Position numbers and translations under genes: made by a program. Shown piece after piece: positions 9,121 to 15,812 of a stretch of 50,515 nt of DNA. Origin of the DNA: an uncultured Actinomycetota bacterium (GTDB taxonomy: Bacteria > Actinomycetota > Nitriliruptoria > Nitriliruptorales > JAHWKO01); NCBI GenBank assembly GCA_964537235.1, contig CAZHZQ010000001.1, positions 1-50,515 of the forward strand. Reading direction: 5' to 3'. The notes beneath the pieces are model-generated. The model made no database searches, was not told the DNA's origin, and was given only the letters and a program-made list of their open reading frames with translations. The number at the start of each line of letters is the position of its first letter. Positions within the stretch are counted from its first letter, which is position 1.

Positions 9121-9140
9121 TTCTTATAGTTCTTATAGTT
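9121..9140 (+). repeat. Perfect 10-bp tandem repeat TTCTTATAGT x2 (iteron-like)
   Basis: Read directly. Related TCTTA(T/G) units occur at 9157, 9249, 9296 and 13667. Confidence 0.7.
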
Positions 9141-9237
9141 GAATAGGGGGGGTGTCTTATACCTCTCGGGGAGCCTTGCATGAGGGGCTGGGGTACTGCC
9201 GGGGAGCGGCATGAGAGGGAGGGGCGTGGTGGCTTAT

Positions 9238-9328
9238 CCGGGAAAAAGTCTTAGTAGGTCTCCCTGCCCCGTTCCGGCCCTTAACCGGGAAGTTTTCTTA
9301 GGTCTCATGGGTATAGGGTTTTTCCCGG
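9238..9328. repeat. 10-bp perfect inverted repeat CCGGGAAAAA / TTTTTCCCGG enclosing a 71-nt segment with internal direct repeats
   Basis: 9238-9247 is the reverse complement of 9319-9328. The inner units are TCTTAGTAGGTCTC (9249) and TCTTAGGTCTC (9296), with a central TCCGG...CCGGG hairpin. Confidence 0.6.
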
Positions 9329-9374
9329 ACAAGGAGGGATCGCGGGCTGGGGAGTAGCTGAGAACGGGACCGGG

Positions 9375-9436
9375 GGACCAGGACCCGAGAGAAGGCGAGA
9401 AAGCCTGGTCCGGTCGGGGGCGGAGAGTCCCCCGAC
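9375..9436 (-). terminator. Two tandem GC-rich hairpins just downstream of the minus-strand island operon
   Basis: GGACCAGG (9375-9382) pairs with CCTGGTCC (9404-9411), and GTCGGGGG (9413-9420) pairs with CCCCCGAC (9429-9436). There is no clear U-tract. Confidence 0.35.
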
Positions 9437-9460
9437 GGTTACCCGATCCCGTACCGTCCT

Positions 9461-10111
9461 TCAGGAGTCGTCGGTGAAGGCATCGTGTAGTCGGCTGTTG
9501 ACCTGTTGCCGCAGTTCCTCACTGGCGGTCACGCGCCCCGCCCGTTCACGGCTGCCTCCGCTACTCGACACGTACACGGTCTCAGCTTCCTCGAAGGGGA
9601 AGGGCTCGTACTCGACCTCGAACCTGCCGATGTTTTTCCCGGCCCTGGCAAACGCCTCGGTGTCCACCTCCTCGGGGAGGTTGTCGGGACGTGCCTGCCT
9701 CAGCTTGCGATGCCACCTACTTACTCGCTTGTTCTCCTCGGCAATCTCCTCCTTATAATCGGCTCTCGCTTCGTTCACCTTCTCCCGCTGCCCCTCAACA
9801 TCTCCCCGGTTCTCGCGGAGGTCGGCAAGGGCTTGCTCCTCAATCTCCGCAGCGGTCTCGTCAACTACTCGCTGGGCTACCCGTGTCAGGTTCCTCTCAG
9901 AGCCCTCCACTTGCAGACGGTGGTACTCGACGGCTGACCTGGCATCGCGTAGCTGGTCCTGGGTGACGGTGCGATCCCCGTCACTGAGCCGCTGTTGCAG
10001 TTCCTCTAGGTGGGCGACGGCCTCTGTGGCAGCTTCCTTATCGTCGGCAAGCTGCTGCCGTGCTTCGGGAATGGTCATGGTCTCGGTCGGTTCGGTTGGG
10101 TCGTCACTCAT
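9461..10111 (-). CDS. Coiled-coil protein (216 aa), unknown function
   Basis: Heptad-like, E/R/Q/A-rich sequence. ATG 10111 overlaps the upstream TGA (ATGA). Confidence 0.65.
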   Translation of the reverse strand: MSDDPTEPTETMTIPEARQQLADDKEAATEAVAHLEELQQRLSDGDRTVTQDQLRDARSAVEYHRLQVEGSERNLTRVAQRVVDETAAEIEEQALADLRENRGDVEGQREKVNEARADYKEEIAEENKRVSRWHRKLRQARPDNLPEEVDTEAFARAGKNIGRFEVEYEPFPFEEAETVYVSSSGGSRERAGRVTASEELRQQVNSRLHDAFTDDS

Positions 10112-10515
10112 GCCGCATCCCCTCCCAGTGTCCCCAGAGCGTCACTGAGGCGCAGGTCGACGGCAGTCTCATAATCGCCCTCAGCCTCAGCCTGGGCTAT
10201 CCTCCCATCCAGCGTGGAGGGCTCGGACCCTTCCCCTTCCTGTTCGTTCTCGCCCCGGTCGTTGTCGTTATCAGAGTCGTTCGGGGAGGCGCTCTCGTCG
10301 CCGGGGTTACCGGGGCCAGGGCCAGAGATGTCGTCCAAGCTCACCCCCTCTGCGTTGGTGTCGTCATCATCACTCGCCTCTAGGCTGTCGCTCATCCCCT
10401 GATCGGTGCGGAGGTCAATGCCCTCGTTGAGCCTTTGGGTAATGGCTCCATCCCGTTCCTTCCGTGTCATGTTCGCCCAGTCTGGTCGCTGGGTCTGGTC
10501 GTCTGTCTCACTCAT
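10108..10515 (-). CDS. Extremely acidic protein (135 aa), unknown function
   Basis: About 30% D+E (for example SLEASDDDDTNAEG, NDSDNDNDRGENEQEGEGSE). Translationally coupled to the downstream gene. Confidence 0.6.
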   Translation of the reverse strand: MSETDDQTQRPDWANMTRKERDGAITQRLNEGIDLRTDQGMSDSLEASDDDDTNAEGVSLDDISGPGPGNPGDESASPNDSDNDNDRGENEQEGEGSEPSTLDGRIAQAEAEGDYETAVDLRLSDALGTLGGDAA

Positions 10516-10579
10516 CTTCTTCTTTCCTTTCTCGCGTCACGTCCCGGTATCTCCGAGCCGCATCTCTTGTTGCTGACTG

Positions 10580-11554
10580 TCATGCCGCTTCCGTGATCCC
10601 CTCGCTCTGGTCGTCGTCCTGATCGACAACCTCACTCCACCCCGTGACCGCGTGCTGCCGCTCCCGTTCGATCTTTACCTGCCTCTGGATCTCCGCAGCC
10701 CAGCCCTCATCCGTGAGACCAGGGGGAACCGATCCCGACACCCACCACTCAGGTATGGGCTGCCCGTTACCCCGTAGGCGTTCGGCTGCCCGTAGCTGAA
10801 CGTCGGACAGGTGAGCCTTGTCCGAGAAGGCATCCAGGTCGATCCATTCCCGTTCTCCCTCAGGCTGGTAGCTCCGGAAGGGATTGGGAACTATCCAAGG
10901 ATGCTCCCTGCTGCCCCGCGATGAGGACAACACCTTGACCGTCTGCCCGACCACCAGAACCTCATGCAGCTTCCGGGCCGCGTCGTCCGGAGTGAGGCGT
11001 TGCCAGGGAAGCTCGTACTTACATGACCGCTGGGGGGACAGGTCAGCCGTGGCGAAGGCGTAGAGGGCGCTGTCCCGGTTCTCGATGGTCGCGTAGTTAG
11101 CCCAGCCCTCCCGTGCTGCCCGGTCGGAGATGGTCCGCTCCCGATAGGTCGTCTGGTCGTCCTTGTCCATCTCGCCGTAGCCCGGAACGGTGGCGGTCCA
11201 GATTGCGGGTTGTTCGAGGAAGCGGGAGAGGAAGTATTGGAGGGCTGCCCGTCCTCTCGGTTCCGCGCAACGGTCCCGGCAGTACCAGGAACCATGAGGC
11301 GGGAGAGGTACCGACTCCACCTGTCCATCCACGATCCGCCCCCTCACCATCTGCCCACAGTGGAGGACGTACTCGGGAACATCCGGGGTGGGGTACAGGT
11401 CGGGCCAGTCCACGCGGGGTACGCGGAGCCTGGCAAGCTCATCCGGGGCGATGCCGTGGAGGTAGGCAAGGTCGTCCAAGCTCCATAGGCGGGCCACGGT
11501 TGAGCCCGTTGCTGGGCTGCCCCCGGAGGCTTCCGGGGTACCATGTAGCTGCAA
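10580..11554 (-). CDS. Island protein of unknown function (324 aa); possible replication or initiation factor (weak)
   Basis: TTG start with GAAGG about 7 nt upstream. HC...C-x3-C cluster (LHCGQMVRGR...WYCRDRCAEP). It occupies the position after xis where integrative elements usually encode a replication protein. Confidence 0.6.
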   Translation of the reverse strand: MQLHGTPEASGGSPATGSTVARLWSLDDLAYLHGIAPDELARLRVPRVDWPDLYPTPDVPEYVLHCGQMVRGRIVDGQVESVPLPPHGSWYCRDRCAEPRGRAALQYFLSRFLEQPAIWTATVPGYGEMDKDDQTTYRERTISDRAAREGWANYATIENRDSALYAFATADLSPQRSCKYELPWQRLTPDDAARKLHEVLVVGQTVKVLSSSRGSREHPWIVPNPFRSYQPEGEREWIDLDAFSDKAHLSDVQLRAAERLRGNGQPIPEWWVSGSVPPGLTDEGWAAEIQRQVKIERERQHAVTGWSEVVDQDDDQSEGITEAA

Positions 11555-11687
11555 GGGATTACCTTCTCTCTGCTGGTCACGTTGGGCTTGTCCTTCCTCT
11601 GTTGACCGTTGCCCTCTCGGTGTCCTTCACGCCGGGAGGGCTTCTCTCATGTCACGTCCGTGAGCCCGTGGGTTCTCGGTTGTCTCG

Positions 11688-11876
11688 TTAGGCAGCCTGG
11701 TCCGCGTTCTCGGAGAGCCATTCCTCTACGTCTTCCTGACGGAACCTCAGGGCTCCCGTTCCTCCGGCGAGCCGGACGGCTCGGGGACCCTGGCCCTTGT
11801 AACGCCAGTTATAGATCGAGGAGGTACTGACACCGAGGTAGTCAGCAAGCTCATCGACGCTCATTAGGTCACTCAC
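11688..11876 (-). CDS. Excisionase / AlpA-type helix-turn-helix DNA-binding protein (62 aa)
   Basis: MSVDELADYLGVSTSSIYNWRYKGQGP...RFRQEDVEEWL is the typical HTH_17/Xis pattern. GTG start preceded by AAGGAAAG. Confidence 0.75.
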   Translation of the reverse strand: MSDLMSVDELADYLGVSTSSIYNWRYKGQGPRAVRLAGGTGALRFRQEDVEEWLSENADQAA

Positions 11877-11947
11877 AGTCTTTCCTTTCTAGTGCTGGAT
11901 TGTCTATCGCGTGGCCGGTCTGCCCCACATAGTCATGTTACGGTAAG

Positions 11948-12523
11948 ATGTTTCCCAAGCTGTACAGCCTGTTGGATATCGCAACACGAAGGACCACGGT
12001 GGCGAAGCAAGAGAGGGGTGCCAGTGGCCTCCCTGACGACGTTCGGGAGTATCTGGATGAGGTCGTGGAGGCTGTCGCTGCGATGGTCCAGGGAGAGCCC
12101 CCGCCCAGGAACCCACGGGCCGCGCTAGAGGCAGCTATCTCGGCTGCGTCAGGGCTGGGGGGCTGGCAGACGATCACGGACGTTCCGAACGTCCTTCGGA
12201 CCAACATCGTTCGACTCCGGAAAGAGAAGGGCTGGACCCAACAGGGGCTCGCTGACCAGATGGAGGCAGCCGGGTTCGGCTGGACCAGAGCGATAGTCAG
12301 TCACGTAGAGACGGTGGAGCCCGACACAGCTCAGGTCAGACGGCAGGTGTCGGTCACAGAGGTTCTAGGGCTGGCCCTCATTTTCGACGTCCCCCTGACC
12401 TCTCTGCTGGTCCCGGCTGACGGGGAGACACCTGTTGAGGTTGGGGGCCGCAGCCTCACCCCGGACGACCTGAGAGACCTCATCGAACGACGGACGACGG
12501 ACGACGGACAGGAAGGGCGCTAG
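11948..12523 (+). CDS. XRE-family HTH transcriptional regulator (cI-like repressor candidate)
   Basis: LRKEKGWTQQGLADQM...SHVE...VTEVLGLALIFDVPLTSLL. Divergent from the xis-like gene, with its stop 2 nt before the integrase ATG. The start is uncertain. Confidence 0.72.
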   Translation: MFPKLYSLLDIATRRTTVAKQERGASGLPDDVREYLDEVVEAVAAMVQGEPPPRNPRAALEAAISAASGLGGWQTITDVPNVLRTNIVRLRKEKGWTQQGLADQMEAAGFGWTRAIVSHVETVEPDTAQVRRQVSVTEVLGLALIFDVPLTSLLVPADGETPVEVGGRSLTPDDLRDLIERRTTDDGQEGR

Positions 12524-12525
12524 TC

Positions 12526-13656
12526 ATGGCGCACATACGGAAGCGAGAGGGAAAGACGGGCCGGAGCTATCAGGTCCGGTGGGTCGACCCTGACGGACAG
12601 GAGCGGGCTAAGACGTTCTCGCGGAAGGGTCCAGCCGATGTATTCCTCCGCAAGGTGGAGCGGGAGATGGACACGGGGGAGTACGTCGATCCGTCCCGTG
12701 GCGACACGCCCTATGCGACATGGGTGGAGGACGGGTGGTGGCCCGGATACGCCCCCACGCTCGGAGACTCCACACGTATCCGGTACCGGGGCATCCTGGA
12801 CAACTACCTCTTGCCAAGGTTCGGGGACACAAAGCTGTCCCGGCTGAGGCAGGAGGACATACAGGCGTGGGTGGGGGACCTCACGGAGGAAGATGGACTC
12901 GCCCCTGCCACGGTGAAGAAGAACTATGACCTCCTGCAACGCTCCGTGGAGGCTGCCGTTGCCGCTGACAGGTTGCAGCGGTCCCCGTGCAAGGGCATCC
13001 ACCTACCCCGGCAGGACTCTCAGGAGATGAGGGCTCTCACTCCCTCTCAGGTGGACGCTCTCGCCACGACCATCGCGCCCCTGTACCGGGCTATGGTCCT
13101 GGTCGCTGCCTACGGGGGGCTGAGGCTGGGGGAGCTTGCGGGCTTGAAGGTGGATCGGGTGGACCTCCTGCATGGTCAGGTCCAGGTGGTGGAGACGCTG
13201 TCATGGCCCAAGGGCAAGCCCACTCCGAAGCCGGTTCCCAAGAGCGACGCTGGACGGAGGATGGTGGGGCTTCCGGGGAGCGTGGTGGAAGCTCTGGACC
13301 TCCACCTGTCCAGCTATCCCGCGTCCGATGAGGGCTACATCTTCACGTCTGTTGAGGGGCTGCCTCTGAGGAAGGACAACTACCGCCGTCGTCACTGGAA
13401 CCCAACCACGGAAGCGGTCGGGCTCCCGGCTCTGAAGTTCCATGAGCTAAGGCACACGGCCGCATCCCTCATGATCCGGGCGGGAGCGGACGTGTTGACC
13501 CTGGCCCGGAGGCTCGGTCACGCGAAGCCCTCCTACACCTTGGACCTGTACGGACACTGGTACCCGGACCAGGATCAGGCGCTCCGTTCCAACCTTGACG
13601 CAATGATCGAGAGCGGCAGCGTGGAGGCGTCGAACGTGGCGAACATGAACGGCTGA
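12526..13656 (+). CDS. Tyrosine-type site-specific integrase
   Basis: N-terminal SAM-like domain. Catalytic region GLRLGELAGL...HELRHTAASL...LGHAKPSYTLDLYGHW (R..HxxR..Y). Adjacent to the tRNA att site. Confidence 0.93.
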   Translation: MAHIRKREGKTGRSYQVRWVDPDGQERAKTFSRKGPADVFLRKVEREMDTGEYVDPSRGDTPYATWVEDGWWPGYAPTLGDSTRIRYRGILDNYLLPRFGDTKLSRLRQEDIQAWVGDLTEEDGLAPATVKKNYDLLQRSVEAAVAADRLQRSPCKGIHLPRQDSQEMRALTPSQVDALATTIAPLYRAMVLVAAYGGLRLGELAGLKVDRVDLLHGQVQVVETLSWPKGKPTPKPVPKSDAGRRMVGLPGSVVEALDLHLSSYPASDEGYIFTSVEGLPLRKDNYRRRHWNPTTEAVGLPALKFHELRHTAASLMIRAGADVLTLARRLGHAKPSYTLDLYGHWYPDQDQALRSNLDAMIESGSVEASNVANMNG

Positions 13657-13712
13657 GGGGATGAGTCTTATGTGCCTCTTGGGTAACCGTCCCGCCTCCG
13701 TCCCGTCTGAGC

Positions 13713-13733
13713 GACGGACAAATGACGGACAAA
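13713..13733 (+). repeat. GACGGACAAA x2, 11 bp apart (putative integrase arm-type sites, int-proximal arm)
   Basis: Two identical 10-mers at 13713-13722 and 13724-13733. The same core and phasing occur at 6052-6091. Confidence 0.5.
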
Positions 13734-13799
13734 CGGGATGCGGCCCGAACCCCTCTCAGCCCCAAAGTGCCGATATCCGGTAGTTATACCTCTCTAGCT

Positions 13800-13844
13800 C
13801 GGTGGGCGCGGACGGTTTCGAACCGCCGGCCTCCGCCTTGTAAA
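13800..13844. repeat. Proximal att site within the intact tRNA-Val (partner of 5886-5930)
   Basis: 45/45 identity with 5886-5930. Confidence 0.88.
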
Positions 13845-13876
13845 GGCGGCGCTCTCCCAAGCTGAGCTACGCGCCC
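13801..13876 (-). tRNA. tRNA-Val (anticodon UAC)
   Basis: The reverse complement folds as a cloverleaf: acceptor GGGCGCG/CGCGCCC, D stem GCTC/GAGC, anticodon stem CCGCC/GGCGG with loop TTTACAA, T arm GGCGG-TTCGAAA-CCGTC, discriminator A. CC is encoded. Confidence 0.95.
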
Positions 13877-13936
13877 GAGCGCGGAGCATGGTAACCGGCG
13901 CCCCTACCCTCACGGGGGTCGACGAAAGGGACAGCT

Positions 13937-15055
13937 GTGGCCGATCGGGTGTCGGACTGGGTGTCGCTGGTCCACGATCTGTACCCGCCCGCGCGTGCCG
14001 CGGACTGGGACAACGTGGGCCTCCAGGTCGGCGATCCGGACGATCCGGTCGAGCGGGTCCTGGTCACGTTGGACGTGACCTCGTCCGTCGTCGAGGAAGC
14101 CGCGGACGGCGCGGCGACGCTGATCGCCGCACACCATCCGTTGCTGTTCCAGTCGTTGTCGCAGGTGACCCCGGCGACCGCATCCGGGCGGATCGCGCTG
14201 GCGGCTGCCAAAGCGCACGTGTCGGTCCTCGCCGCACACACCAACCTCGACGTGGCGGACGACGGGGCGGGTACGTCTGACCCGATCATGCGTGCCCTCG
14301 GCATCGACGACACCCGACCGCTCACGAGCGAGACCCGGCAGTCCGACGAGGTGAAGCTCGTGACCTTCGTGCCGTCCGACGACGTCGATGCTGTCCTGGA
14401 CGCGCTGGCCGACGCGGGCGCGGGTGTGATCGGCGACTACGAACGGTGTTCGTTCCGCGTGGTCGGAACCGGCACGTTCCGCCCCGGTGCGGACGCGGAT
14501 CCCTACAGCGGCGCGGTGGGAGAGGACAACGAGGAGACGGAGGCTCGCCTCGAGATCGTCGTACCCCGTCGCCGGCTCGGTGGTGCGATCCGGGCACTGC
14601 TGGGCGCACATCCGTACGAGGAGGTCGCCTACGACGTCTACCCGCTCGTGGCAGGCGGGCGGATCGGCTTCGGGCGCCTCGGAGAGCTGGATGCCCCCAC
14701 GCCGCTGTCAGCGGTCGCCGGTCGCGTACGTGAAGCCCTGCCGGCGCCCCACCTCCGCTTCGCCGGGGACCCGGATCGCCGGGTGCAGCGGATCGCCGCC
14801 GTCGGGGGTTCGGGCGACTCGTTGATCCCGGCTGCGCTCGGTGCCGGGGCGGACGTCCTGGTCACCGGCGATCTCAAGCACCACGTCACGCTCGATGCAC
14901 TGGAGATGGGCCTGGCGCTGATCGACGCCGGTCACCACGCCACCGAGGTCGCGGCGATGCCGGCCTGGATCGACCGACTGCGGCACGAGGCATCCCAGAG
15001 GGAGCTGCAGGCGGAGGTGGTAGCTTCGTCCGTCCCCACGAGCCCGTGGGTCTGA
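13937..15055 (+). CDS. Nif3-like dinuclear metal centre protein (GTP cyclohydrolase I type 2 homologue)
   Basis: DWDNVGLQVGD, LIAAHHPLLF, HTNLD, C-terminal VTGDLKHH...DAGHHATE. GTG start. Confidence 0.9.
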   Translation: MADRVSDWVSLVHDLYPPARAADWDNVGLQVGDPDDPVERVLVTLDVTSSVVEEAADGAATLIAAHHPLLFQSLSQVTPATASGRIALAAAKAHVSVLAAHTNLDVADDGAGTSDPIMRALGIDDTRPLTSETRQSDEVKLVTFVPSDDVDAVLDALADAGAGVIGDYERCSFRVVGTGTFRPGADADPYSGAVGEDNEETEARLEIVVPRRRLGGAIRALLGAHPYEEVAYDVYPLVAGGRIGFGRLGELDAPTPLSAVAGRVREALPAPHLRFAGDPDRRVQRIAAVGGSGDSLIPAALGAGADVLVTGDLKHHVTLDALEMGLALIDAGHHATEVAAMPAWIDRLRHEASQRELQAEVVASSVPTSPWV

Positions 15056-15068
15056 CGGAGAGGATGCG

Positions 15069-15806
15069 GTGAGCGACGACCATCCGAGTCGCGAGGAACT
15101 CGAAGGGCTCCTCGAGCTCCAGCAGACCGAGAACGACATCCGGAGGTTCGAGAAACGCCTCGACGAGCTGCCCGAGCAGGCGGCCCTGGACGAGTCGCTC
15201 GAGACCTCCGAGAAGCTCAAGGCCACGCAGGACCAGCTCCGCGTCGATCGCGACATGGTCGATTCCGAGATCCGGTCCCTGGAAGGCGAGCTGGACATGC
15301 TCCAGGAACGACGCGAGAAGGAGCAGACCCGGATGTACGGGGGGGAGATCTCCAACCCGCGAGAGCTCCAGGCGATCCGTGCCGAGATCGACGGCGTCGA
15401 GGAACGCATCGAGACGCAGGAGGAGGAGCTCCTCGGGCGCATGGAGGAGCGTGAGGAGATGTCCGGGCAGATGGAGAAGCTCGAGGAACGCCGTGCGCAG
15501 CTCGAGGTGGAGCAGGAGGAGCTCACGGCCAAGCGGGACGAGGCTGCCAAGGAGATCCTCGCTGAGCTCGGAGAGCTCAAGGCCCGCCACGACAAGGTCG
15601 TCCAGGAGCTCACCGAGGACCTGCTGGGTCGGTTCGAGAAGGCCAAGGACCGGCACGGCGCGGTCGCGCTCGGGGCGTTGGAAGGCGGTATCTGCACCGC
15701 GTGCCGTCTCGAACTCACGCCGCTCGAGCGCAGCGACCTGCGGGAGGACGCTCCGACGCTCGGCACGTGTCCGCAGTGTCAACGGCTCCTGGTCGCGCTC
15801 GAGTAG
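15069..15806 (+). CDS. Coiled-coil / C4 zinc-ribbon protein (COG1579-like)
   Basis: Long coiled coil, then CTACRLEL...CPQCQRLL. This is the conserved partner downstream of Nif3 in actinobacteria. Confidence 0.85.
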   Translation: MSDDHPSREELEGLLELQQTENDIRRFEKRLDELPEQAALDESLETSEKLKATQDQLRVDRDMVDSEIRSLEGELDMLQERREKEQTRMYGGEISNPRELQAIRAEIDGVEERIETQEEELLGRMEEREEMSGQMEKLEERRAQLEVEQEELTAKRDEAAKEILAELGELKARHDKVVQELTEDLLGRFEKAKDRHGAVALGALEGGICTACRLELTPLERSDLREDAPTLGTCPQCQRLLVALE

Positions 15807-15812
15807 GTGCTG

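Larger units (their letters stand above)
5886..13844. mobile_element. tRNA-Val-integrated genomic island (about 7.96 kb) with a tyrosine integrase, a regulatory switch, a serine recombinase and unknown cargo
   Basis: Flanked by the 45-bp direct repeat, with the integrase adjacent to the intact tRNA. GC is visibly lower and the intergenic regions are long compared with the flanks. Confidence 0.82.

Noticed and set aside
9211-9357. A ~48-codon ORF (and a 38-codon minus-strand ORF from 9181) inside the island non-coding region
   Set aside because: Third-position GC is low, with many rare codons (AGA, AGG, AGT, CTT, TAT) compared with neighbouring genes. One of them has no convincing RBS. The region is better described as cis-acting or RNA.
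8809-9460. A CRISPR array or retron-type element in the repeat-rich non-coding region
   Set aside because: The repeats are only 10-14 bp with irregular spacing, and there are no cas or reverse-transcriptase genes anywhere in the window.
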